Source: Pristiophorus japonicus
Taxonomy: Eukaryota
Direction: 5' to 3'
Length of the DNA: 64,000 nt
Assembly (NCBI RefSeq): GCF_044704955.1
Contig: NC_091995.1
Coordinates: forward strand, 4,836,001 to 4,900,000
This document shows, one piece after another, positions 38,600 through 50,145 of the stretch (position 1 is its first letter; every line of letters begins with the position of its first letter). The notes beneath the pieces were generated by a model. The model did no database searches and was not told the DNA's origin. It saw only the letters and a list, made by a program, of their open reading frames with translations. Both the position numbers and the translations under genes were made by a program.

Positions 38600-40760
38600 A
38601 ATTTATTCAATGTCCCAGCTTCCACTGCTTTCTGAGGCAGCGAATTCCTCAGATTTACAACCCTCAGAGAAGAAATTCCTCCTCATCTCACTTTTAAATG
38701 GGCAGCCCCTTATTCTAAGATTATGCCCCCTAGTTCTAGTCTTCCCTATCAGTGGAAACATCCTCGTTGCATCCACCTTGTCAAGACCCCTCATAATCTT
38801 ATTCTCATTCTTCTGAATTCCAATGAGTAGAGGCCTAACCGACTCAACCTTTCCTCATAAGTCAACCTTGTGAACGTTCTCTGAACTGCTCCAAAGCAAG
38901 TATATCCTTTCGTAAATATGGAAACCAAAACTGCACGCATTATTCCAGGTGTGGCCTCACCAGTACCCTGTACAAGTGTAGCAAGACTTCCCTGCTTTTA
39001 TACTCTATTCCCCTTGCAATAAAGGCCACGATTCCATTGGCCTTCCTGATTACTTGCTGTACCTGCAGACTAACTTTTTGTGTTTCATGCACTGGGACCC
39101 CCAGGTCCTGCTGTACTGCAGCACTTTGAAATCTTTCTCCATTAAAATAATAATTCGCTCTTTGATTTTTTTCTGCCAACATTACGCTTTCCAACATTAT
39201 ACTCCATCTGCCAAATTTTTGCCCACTCACTTCGCCTGTCTATATCCTTTTGCAGATTTTTTGTCCTCCTCACACATTGCTTTTCCTCCCATCTTTGTAT
39301 CATCAGTAAAATTGGCTATGTTACACTCGGTCCCTTCTTCCAAATCGTTAATATAGATTGTAAATAGTTAGGGTCCCTGCGGCAACCCACTGCTTACTGA
39401 TTACCAACCCGAGAATGAACCATTTATCCCGACTCTCTGTTTTCTGTTTGTCAGCCATGGTCTCTAAATTGTCAAGATTGCAAATATATTACCCCCATTG
39501 GTGTGGATTTATGGATTAGAAACTGGACTGAAATAACGACATTCGAGCTGCTGTACATAGTTTTAAGATGTTCTTTTGCACTTTTTAATTTGCACTATGG
39601 GTAGGTAGAGGTTTTTAAATCACCATTCTCACTGATGATGTGTTTTTCTTTTATCTTGTGCAGTAAGCTTTTATGTGGCACCTTGTCAAATGCCTTCTGG
39701 AAGTCCAAATACACCACATCCACTGGTTCCCTAATATCCACCCTGTTTGTTACATCCTCAAAGAATTCTAGCAAATTTGTCAAACATGACTTCCCCTTCA
39801 TAAATCCATGCTGACTCTGCCCGACTGAATTTTGCTTTTCCAAATGTCCTGCTACTGCTTCTTTAATAATGGACTCCAACATCTTCCTAACTACAGATGT
39901 TAGGTGTATAGTTTCCTGCTTTTTGTCTGCCTCCTTTTTTAAATAGGGGTGTTACATTTGCAGTTTTCCAATCTGCTGGGACCTCCCCAGAATCCAGGGA
40001 ATTTTGGTAAATTACAACCAATGCATCCACAATCCATGCTGCTCCTTCTCAAAACCCGAGGATGCAAGCCATCAGGTCCAGGGGATTTATCTGCCTTTAG
40101 GCCTATTATCTTACTGAGTACCACCTCCTTAGTGATTGTGCTAGAGTTCCTCCCCTCGATAGTCCCTTGACTATTCACTGTTGTAATATTGTTAGTCTCC
40201 CCTCCCATAAGGACTGATACAAAATATTTGTTCAGAGTTTCTACCATCTCCATGTTCCCCATTACCTAATTTCCCGATCTTTTCCTCTAAGGGACCAATA
40301 TTTACTCTCGCCACTCTTTTCCTTTTTATATACCTATAGAAACTCTTGCTATTTGTTTTTATATTTCGTGCTAGTTTACTTTCATAGTCTATCTTCCCTT
40401 TCTTAATCGTTTTTAAGTCATTCTTTGTTGGCTTTTAAATGCTTCCCAATCTTCTGTCTCCCACTAGTTTTGGCCACATTGTATGCCCTTGTTTTTAATT
40501 GGATACCGTCCTTTATTTCTTTAGTTAGCCACGGATGGCTTTCTTTTCTCTTACACTCTTTCCTCCTCACTGGAATATATTTTTCTTGTGAGTTGTGAAA
40601 TATCTCCTTAAATGTATGCCACTGTTCATCAACCGTGCTACACTTTAATCTATTTTCCCAGTCCACTTTAGCCAACTCAGCCCTCATACCTTCATAGGCT
40701 CCTTTTATTTAAGCTTAGTACGCTGGTTACAGATCCAACTTTCTCACCCTGCATCTGAAT
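38600..40760 (-). mobile_element. Degenerate CR1 ORF2 fragment with filler insertions
   Basis: RT ORFs at 38603-38794, 38940-39230, 39595-39882 and 40418-40687. Confidence 0.85.
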
Positions 40761-40840
40761 TTAAGCAACGCCTTGATTTCAAAATTCTCCCCCTTGTTTA
40801 CAAATCCCTCCATGGCCCTCGCCCCTCCCTATCTCTGTAA

Positions 40841-43800
40841 AATAGAAGTAGAAAGTAATCAAAAAGTGACATCACAGCCAATGTGGTAAGTGATTGGCTG
40901 GTGATTGGTGAGTAGCTTTTCTTTTCTTTTTTTATATCAGTAAGTGAACTGCAACATTGTTATTACCAATTTAAGGGTATCTAAGGTTAAGACATGGCAG
41001 GAGAGCTCGGCCATGTGATATGCTCCTCCTGTACCATGTGGGAACTCGGGGACACTTCCGGTGTCCCTGGGCGCGACGTGTGTGGGAAGTGTATCCGCCT
41101 CGAGCTCTTGACGGTCCGCGTTACGGAATTGAAGCTGAGGGTGGATTCACTCTGGAGCATCCACGATGCTGAGAATGACGTGAGTATCACGTGTAGTGAG
41201 TTGGTCTTACCGCAGGAGAAGGGTCCACAGCCAGCGAGGGAATGGAAGACCAGCAGGAAGAGCAGTGCAAGAAAGATAGTGCAGGGGTCCCCTGTGGTCA
41301 TCCCCCCTGCAAAACAGATACACTGCTTCCTCATCAGGGGAGGGCAGCAGCAGCCAAGTTCATGGCACCGTAGGTGGCTCGACTGCAAAGGAGGGCAGGA
41401 AAAAGAGTGGGAGCGCGATAGTGATAGGGGATTCGATGGTGAGGGGAATAGATAGGCGTTTCTGCGGACGCAACCGAGACTCCAGGATGGTATGTTGCCT
41501 CCCTGGTGCAAGGGTCAAGGATGTCTCGGAGCGGGTGCAGGACATTCTGAAATGGGAGGGAGAACAGCCAGTTGTCGTGGTGCACATTGGTACCAACGAC
41601 ATAGGTAAAAAAAGGGATGAGGTCCTACGAAAAGAATTTAAGGAGCTAGGAGCTAAATTAAAAAGTAGGACCTCAAAAGTAGTAATCTCGGGATTGCTAC
41701 CAGTGCCACGTGCTAGTCAGAGTAGGAATCGCAGGATAGCGCAGATGAATACATGGCTTGAGCAGTGGTGCAGCAGGGAGGGATTCAAATTCTTGGGGCA
41801 TTGGAACCGGTTCTGGGGGAGGTGGGACCAGTACAAACCGGACGGTCTGCACCTGGGCAGGTCCGGAACCAATGTCCTAGGGGGAGTGTTTGCTAGTGCT
41901 GTTGGGGAGGAGTTAAACTAATATTGCAGGGGGATGGGAACCTATACAGGGAGACAGAGGGAGACAAAAATGAGGCAAAAGCAAAAGACAGAAAGGAGAT
42001 GAGGAAAAGTGGAGGGCAGAGAAACCCAAGGCAAAGAACAAAAAGGGCCACTGTACAGCAAAATTCTAGAAGGACAAAGGGTGTTAAAAAAGCAAGCCTG
42101 AAGGCTTTGTGTCTTAATGCAAGGAGTATCCTCAATAAGGTGGATGAATTAACTGTGCAAATAGATGTTAACAAATATGATGTGATTGGGATTACGGAGA
42201 CGTGGCTCCAGGATGATCAGGGCTGGGAACTCAACATCCAGGGGTATTCAACATTCAGGAAGGATAGAATAAAAGGAAAAGGAGGTGGGGTAGCATTGCA
42301 GGTTAAAGAGGAGATTAATGCAATAGTTAGGAAAGACATTAGCTTGGATGATGTGGAATCTATATGGGTAGAGCTGCAGAACACTAAAGGGCAAAAATCG
42401 TTAGTGAGAGTTGTGTACAGACCTCCAAACAGTAGTAGTGATGTTGGGGAGGGCATCAAACAGGAAGTTAGGAGTGCATGCAATAAAGGTGCAGCAGTTA
42501 TAATGGGTGACTTTAATATGCACATAGATTGGGCTAGCCAAACTGGAAGCAATACGGTGGAGGAGGATTTCCTGGAATGCATAAGGGATGGTTTTCTAGA
42601 CCAATATGTCGAGGAACCAACTAGGGGGGAGGCCATCTTAGACTGGGTGTTGTGTAATGAGAGAGGATTAATTAGCAATCTCATTGTGCGAGGCCCCTTG
42701 GGGAAGAGTGACCATAATATGGTGGAATTCTGCATTAGGATGGAGAATGAAACAGTTAATTCAGAGACCATGGTCCAGAATTAAAGAAGGGTAACTTTGA
42801 AGGTATGAGGCATGAATTGGCTAAGATAGATTGGCTAATGATACTTAAGGGGTTGACTGTGGATGGGCAATGGCAGACATTTAGAGACCGCATGGATGAA
42901 TTACAACAATTGTACATTCCTGTCTGGCGTAAAAATAAAAAAGGGAAGGTGGCTCAACCGTGGCTATCTAGGGAAATCAGGGATAGTATTAAAGCCAAGG
43001 AAATGGCATACAAATTGGCCAGAAATAGCAGCGAACCTGGGGACTGGGAGAAATTTAGAACTCAGCAGAGGAGGACAAAGGGTTTGATTAGGGCAGGGAA
43101 AATGGAGTACGAGAAGAAGCTTGCAGGGAACATTAAGGCGGATTGCAAAAGTTTCTATAGATATGTAAAGAGAAAAAGGTTAGTAAAGACAAACGTAGGT
43201 CCCCTGCAGTCAGAATCAGGGGAAGTCATAACGGGGAACAAAGAAATGGCAGACCAATTGAACAAGTACTTTGGTTCAGTATTCACTAAGGAGGACACAA
43301 ACAACCTTCCGGATATAAAAGTGGTCTGAGGGTCTATTAAGGAGGAGGAACTGAGGGAAATCTTTATTAGTCGGGAAATTGTGTTGGGGAAATTGATGGA
43401 TTGAAGGCCGATAAATCCCCAGGGCCTGATGGACTGCATCCCAGAGTACTTAAGGAGGTGGCCTTGGAAATAGCGGATGCATTGACAGTCATTTTCCAAC
43501 ATTCCATTGACTCTGGATCAGTTCCTATCGAGTGGAGGGTAGCCAATGTAACCCCACTTTTTAAAAAAGGAGGGAGAGAGAAAGCAGGGAATTATAGACC
43601 GGTCAGCCTGACCTCAGTAGTGGGTAAAATGATGGAATCAATTATTAAGGATGTCATAGCAGCGCATTTGGAAAGAGGTGACATGATAGGTCCAAGTCAG
43701 CATGGATTTGTGAAAGGGAGATCATGCTTGACAAATCTTCTGGAATTTTTTGAGGATGTTTCCAATAAAGTGGACAAAGGAGTACCAGTTGATGTGGTAT

Positions 43801-44996
43801 ATTTGGACTTTCAGAAGGCTTTCGACAAGGTCCCACACAGGAGATTAATGTGCAAAGTTAAAGCACATGGGATTGGGGGTAGTGTGCTGACGTGGATTGA
43901 GAACTGGTTGTCAGACAGGAAGCAAAGAGTAGGAGTAAATGGGTACTTTTCGGAATGGCAGGCAGTGACTATTGGGGTACCGCAGGGTTCTGTGCTGGGG
44001 CCCCAGCTGTTTACATTGTACATTAATGATTTAGACGAGGGGATTAAATGTAGTATCTCCAAATTTGCGGATGACACTAAGTTGGGTGGCAGTGTGAGCT
44101 GCGAGGAGGATGCTATGAGGCTACAGAGTGACTTGGATAGGTTAGGTGAGTGGGCAAATGCGTGGCAGATGAAGTATAATGTGGATAAATGTGAGGTTAT
44201 CCACTTTGGTGGTAAAAACAGAGAGACAGACTATTATCTGAATGGTGACAGATTAGGAAAAGGGAAGGTGCAACGAGACCTGGGTGTCATGGTACATCAG
44301 TCATTGAAGGTTGGCATGCAGATACAGCAGGCGGTTAAGAAAGCAAATGGCATGTTGGCCTTCATAGCGAGGGGATTTGAGTACAGGGGCAGGGAGGTGT
44401 TGCTACAGTTGTACAGGGCCTTGGTGAGGCCACACCTGGAGTATTGTGTACAGTTTTGGATTCCTAACTTGAGGAAGGACATTCTTGCTATTGAGGGAGT
44501 GCAGCGAAGATTCACCAGACTGATTCCCGGGATGGTGGGACTGACCTATCAAGAAAGACTGGATCAACTGGGCTTGTATTCACTGGAGTTCAGAAGAGTG
44601 AGAGGGGACCTCATAGAAACGTTTAAAATTCTGACGGGTTTGGACAGGTTGGATGCAGGAAGAATGTTCCCAATGTTTGGGAAGTCCAGAACCAGGGGTC
44701 ACACTCTAAGGATAAGGGGTAAGCCATTTAGGACCGAGATAAGGAGAAACTTCTTCACCCAGAGAGTGGTGAACCTGTGGAATTCTCTACCACAGGAAGT
44801 AGTTGAGGCCAATTCACTAAATATATTCAAAAGGGAGTTAGATGAAGTCCTTACTACTCGGGGGATCAAGGGGTATGGCGTGAAAGCAGGAATGGGGTAC
44901 TGAAGTTTCATGTTCAGCCATGAACTCATTGAATGGCGGTGCAGGCTCGAAGGGCTGAATGGCCTGCTCCTGCACCTATTTTCTATGTTTCTATGT
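40841..44996 (+). mobile_element. Near full-length CR1 (HER1-like) LINE: ORF1 (Zn-finger/leucine zipper plus SGNH esterase) and ORF2 (APE endonuclease plus RT), with a few frameshifts
   Basis: ORF1 CxxC..CxxC, GDSMVRG, HIGTND, DGLH; ORF2 LNARS, ITETW, MGDFN, SDH, DFQKAFDKV, GVPQGSVLGP, FADD; 3' tail (ttctatgt)n; inserted into an L2-like tail. Confidence 0.95.
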
Positions 44997-45321
44997 TAAT
45001 CTCCTCCAGCCCCACAACCCCCAGAGATGTCTGCACTCCTCTAATTTTGCCCTCCTGACCATCCCTGATTATAATCGCTCCAGCCTTCAGCTACCTGGGC
45101 CCCCAAGCTCTGGAACTCCCTCCCTAAACCTCTCCGCCTCTCCACTTCACTTTCCTCCTTCAACCCGCTCCTTCCTCTTTGACCGAGCTTTTTGGTCACC
45201 TGCCGCAATTTCTTCCTATGTGGCTCGTGTCAAATTTATCTGTTTGGTCTTAGAACACTGCTGTGATGTACCTGGGGACGTTTTACTGCGTTAAAGGCGC
45301 TATATAAACACAGGTTGTTGT

Positions 45322-45777
45322 TGTCCCGCTCCCGGCCAATCACAGCACACACCCCGCGCCCGCTCACAGGGGCAAAGATTGACGGCCGTTAAACATTAAA
45401 TATTTAAACCCAACCGGCAAGTTCCGAGCGCGAGCCTCTTTCAACCCAAATCATGGGCGCAAACCCCGCCTCCCGACGGCGCTAATTGGCTAGTGGCGGA
45501 GCGGTGTGGAGCACAGCGGGGAAGCGGATTGGCCGGAGCGCCTGTCACTCAAAGTGAGTGAGGCGGGTTTCCGGGACTCAGTGGGAGTCGGAGCTCGGGC
45601 AGTGTGTTTGGTCCGACCGCGAGTGACGCCGCGCTGGGCCCTTGTCTCGGCGAATTGGAGCCGGTGGGAGCGGCTCACGGCGGCCGCCGCCTGCTTTTAT
45701 ACTCGCGGGGGGTGGGGGGTTTATTTCACACTTTGGATTCTTCTTGTTATTATTCACTCGGGGGGAGCCAGGGCGTC
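45322..45777 (+). promoter_or_regulatory. Paralogous CpG-rich promoter/5' UTR, with about 100 extra bp at 45575-45680
   Basis: Reverse-complement match to 9706-10050; CCAAT/ATTGG boxes and ccccgcct retained. Confidence 0.6.
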
Positions 45778-45849
45778 ATGGCAACGGGTTTGGTGAGCGA
45801 GCTGGACAGTCGCTTCATCCCCGGGAACCTGCTGAGCGGTGGCGATGGG
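45778..45849 (+). pseudogene. ATF6B: ATF6B-like first coding exon, orphan copy 2 (splice donor lost)
   Basis: MATGLVSELDSRFIPGNLLSGGDG; inverted paralogue of 9637-9705 lacking GTAAGT. Confidence 0.58.
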
Positions 45850-46187
45850 GGATGGGGGGAGGTGTTTGCTCCAGTCTGTACTATATATAATGTGTGGGAT
45901 TTTGTTGTGGATTGTTACACAGAGGGGAAACACATTTAAATAGTGTTTACAATGACAGGGTCTGCTGCCCAGTGAGTGAGCCACAGTCCTGGCTGGTAGC
46001 TACAGGATGTGCTGCAGATGGTACAGATCCAATGTGTAATCCATTGGAAGGTAATGCACCTAATTACCTACCTGCCAAGTCTCAGTTATTGGGAGTGGGC
46101 ACGATATATCGTTTCATTTTTAAATGAACAAACCGCAGCCGTGCCTTCAGCTGCCTGGGCCCTAAGCTCTGGATTCTCTTCCTGCAG

Positions 46188-46325
46188 AGCTCCAGGAGAA
46201 GGCCATTCGGTTGCAGCAGGAGAACAAGATGCTGCCTGTACAGCAAGAGGAGATGCACAAGGACCGATTAACCGAGTTCCAGAGCGTGCCAACAGGAACA
46301 CGCACAAACTGGAGAATGAAAACTG
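46188..46325 (+). pseudogene. Orphan frameshifted exon of a HOOK-family (HOOK1/2/3) dynein adaptor
   Basis: EKAIRLQQENKMLPVQQEEMHKDRLTEFQS/frameshift/ANRNTHKLENEN resembles the HOOK coiled-coil motif IRLQHENKML...DAN...ELETEN; AG upstream and GT at 46326. Confidence 0.7.
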
Positions 46326-46879
46326 GTCAGCAGGGAGAGTTGGAAATATGCCAAAAGCACATGAATATTTTGGGAAGCTCAGTGTTGAAGTATGCATTTT
46401 TTTACCCAGGTAACCAATGTGCAAGCAATTAAGAAAGCAAATGGTATGTTAGCCTTTATTTACAAGAGGATTTGAGGATGAGTAAAGATGTTTTACTGCA
46501 ATTGCCCTGGTGAGACCACACCTGGAGTCTTGTGTACAGTTTTGTTCTCCTTACCTAAGGAAGGATATACTTGCCATTGAGGGAGTGCAATGAAAGTTCA
46601 CCAGACTGATTCCTGGGATGGGGGGATTTTCCTATGAGGAGAGATTGAGTAGATGAGGCTGATATTCTCTAGAGTTTGGAAGAATGAGAGGTGATCTCAT
46701 TGAAGCATACACAATTCTTACAGGGCTTGACAAGTTGATGCAGGGAGGATGTTTCATCTGGCTGAGGAATCTAGAACCAGGGGCTCAGAACATGATCAGA
46801 TCAGCCATGATCTTATTGAATGGGAGAGCAGACTCGAGGGGCCATATGGCCTACTCCTGTTCCTATTATGTTCTTAGCA

Positions 46880-49479
46880 ACATAGAAAATAGGTGCAGGA
46901 GCAGGCCATTCGGCCCTTTGAGCCTGCACCACCATTCAAAATGATCATGGCTGATCATGCAACTTCAGTACCCCACTCCTGCCTTCACTCCATAACCCTT
47001 GAGGGCTGTAAGGGCCACATCTAACTCCCTTTTGAATATATCCAACGAACTGGACTCAACAACTTTCTGTGGTAGAGAATTCCATAAGTTCACAGTTCCC
47101 TGGGTGAAAAAGTTTCTCCTCATCTCGGTCGTATATGGCTTACCCCTTATCCTTAGACTGTGACCTCTGGTTCTGGACTTCCCCAACATCGGGAGCATTC
47201 TTCCTGCATCTAACCTGTCCAATCCCATCAGAATTGTATATGCTTCTATGAGATCCCCTCTCATTCTTCTAAATTCCAATGAATATAAGCCGAGTCAATC
47301 CAGTCTTTCTTCATATGTCAGTCCTGCCATCCTGGTAATCATCTGGTGAATCTTCGCTGCACTCCCTCAATAGCAAGAATGTCCTTCCTCAGATTAGGAG
47401 ACCAAAACTGCTCACAATACTCACGGTGTGGTCTCTCCAAGGCCCTGTACAACTGCAGTAAGACCTCCCTGCTTCTATACTCAAATCGTCTCGCTAAAAT
47501 CTAGATAGATTTTTAAGCAATAAGGGAATTAAGGGTTACGGGGAGAGGGCGGGTAAGTGGAGCTGAGTCCACGACCAGATCAGCCATGATTTTATTGAAT
47601 GGCGGAGCAGGCTCGAGGGGCTAGATGGCCTACTCCTGTTCCTAATTCTTATGTTCTTATGAAGGCCAACATGCTGTTTGCTTTCTTAACTGCTTACTAT
47701 ACCTGCATGCCTACTTTCAATGACTGATGTACCATGACACCCAGGTCTCGTTGCACCTCCCCTTTTACTAATCTGTCACCATTCAGATAATCTGCCTTTC
47801 TGTTTTTGTCACCAAAGTGGATAACCTCACACTTATCCACATTATACTGCATCTGCCATGCATTTGCCCACTCACCTAACCTGTCCAAGTCACCCTGCAG
47901 CCTCTTGGCATCCTCCTCATTGCTCACAGTGCCACCCAGCTCAGTGTCATCTGCAAATTTGGAGATATTACATTCAATTCCTTCATCTAAATCATTAATA
48001 TATATTGTAAATAGCTGGGGTCCCAGAACAGAACCTTGCGGTACCCCACTCGTCACTGCCTGCCATTCTGAAAAGGACCCGTTTATTCCCACTCATTGCT
48101 TCCTGTCTGCCAACCAGTTCTCTATCCACGTCAATATATTACCCCCAATCCCATGTGCCTTAATTTCTTGTGCACGAATCTCTTGTGTGGGACCTTGTCA
48201 AAAGCCTTTTAAAAGTCCAAATACACCACATCCACTGGTTCTCCCTTATCCACTCTACTAGTTACATCCTCAAAAAAAATTCTAGAAGATTTGTCAAGCA
48301 TGATTTCCCTTTCATAAATCCATGCTGACTTGGACCGATCCTATCACTGCTTTCCAAATGTGCTGCTATTACATCTTTAATAATTGATTCCAGCATTTTC
48401 CCCACTACTGATGTCGGTCTAACCGGTCTATAATTCCCTGTTTTCTCTCTCCCTCCTTTTTTAAAAAGTGGGGTTACATTAGCTACCCTCTATTCCATAG
48501 GAACTGATCCAGAATCCATGGAATGTTGGAAAAGGACCACCAATGCATCTACTATTTCTAGGGCCACTTCCTCAAGTACTCTGGGATGTGGACTATCGGG
48601 CCTGGGGATTTATCGGCCTTCAATCCCATCAATTTCCCGAACACCATTTCCTGACCAATAAGGTGTTCCATCAGTTCCTCCTTCTTGCTAGACCCTCGGT
48701 CCCCTAGTATTTTCGGGAGGTTATTTGTGTCTTCCTTAGTGAAGACAGAACCAAAGTATTTGTTCAATTGGTCTGCCATTTCCTTGTTCACCATTATGAA
48801 TTCACCTGATTCTGACATTAGTCTTCACTAATCTTTTTCTCTTCATATATCTATAGAAGCTTTTGCAGTCAGTTTTTATGTTCCCTGCAAGCTTACATTC
48901 ATACTCTCTTTTCCCCCTCCTAATTAAACCCTTCGTTCTCCTCTGCTGAATTCTAAATTTCTCCCAGTCCTCAAGTTTGCTGCTTTTTCTGGACAATTTA
49001 TATGACTTTTCATTGGATTTAACACTATCCCTAATTTCCCTTGTTAGCCACGGTTGAGCCACCTTCCCTGTTTTATTTTTATGCCAGACAGGGATGTACA
49101 ATTGTTATAGTTCATCCATGTGATCTTTAAATGTCTGCCATTGCCTATCTACTGTCAACCCTTGAAGTATAATTCGCCAGTCTATCCTAGCCAATTCATG
49201 TCTCATACCATCGAAGTTACCTTTCTTTAAGTTCAGGACCCTAGTCTCTGAATTAACTGTGTCACTCTCCATCTTAATGAAGAATTCTACCATGTTTATG
49301 GTCACTCTTCTTTAAGGGGCCTCGCACGACAAGATTGCTAATTAATCCTCATTACACAAGACCCAGTCTAGGATGGCCTGCTCTCTAGTTGGTTCCTCGA
49401 CATATTGGTCTAGAAAACCATCCCTTATACACTCCACGAAATCCTCCTCCACAGTTTGCTACCAGTTTGGTATGCCCAA

Positions 49480-49516
<37 letters not shown>

Positions 49517-50145
49517 GTCACCCATGATAACTGCTATATCTTTATTGCACGCATACCTAATTTCCTGTTTGATGCCATCCCCAACTTCACTACTACTGTT
49601 TGGTGGTCTGTACACAACTCCACTAATGTTTTCTGCTCTTTGGTGTTTCGCAGCTCTACCCATATAGATTCCACATCATCCAAGCTGATATCCTTCCTTA
49701 CTATTGCGTTAATCTCCTCTTTAACCAGTAACACGACCCCACCTCCTTTTCCTTTCTGTCTATCCTTCGTGAATATTGAATACCCCTGGATATGGAGTTC
49801 CCAGCTTTGGTCACCCTGGAGCCATGACTCCGTAATCCTAATTACATCATATCCGTTAACAGCTATCTGCACAGTTAATTCATCCACCTTCTTACGAATG
49901 CTCCTCGCATTGAGACGCCGAGCCTTCAGGTTTGTTTTTTTAGCATTCTTTGTCCTTTTAGAATTATGTTGTAATGTGGCCCTTTTTGATTTTCGCCCTT
50001 GATTTCTCTGCCTTCCACTCTTACTTTTCTCCTTCCTACCTTTTTGCTTCTGTCCCCTTTTTTACTTCCCTCTACCTCCCTGCATAGATTCCCATCCCCC
50101 TGCCATATTAGTTTAAACCCTCCCCAACAGCACTAGCAAACACTC
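46880..50145 (-). mobile_element. 5'-truncated CR1 LINE (whole ORF2, degenerate), with a nested 160-bp plus-strand CR1 3' end (about 47498-47660) and (TA)n at about 49482-49512
   Basis: RT/EN fragments 46965-49887; 3' tail at about 46880. Confidence 0.9.
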
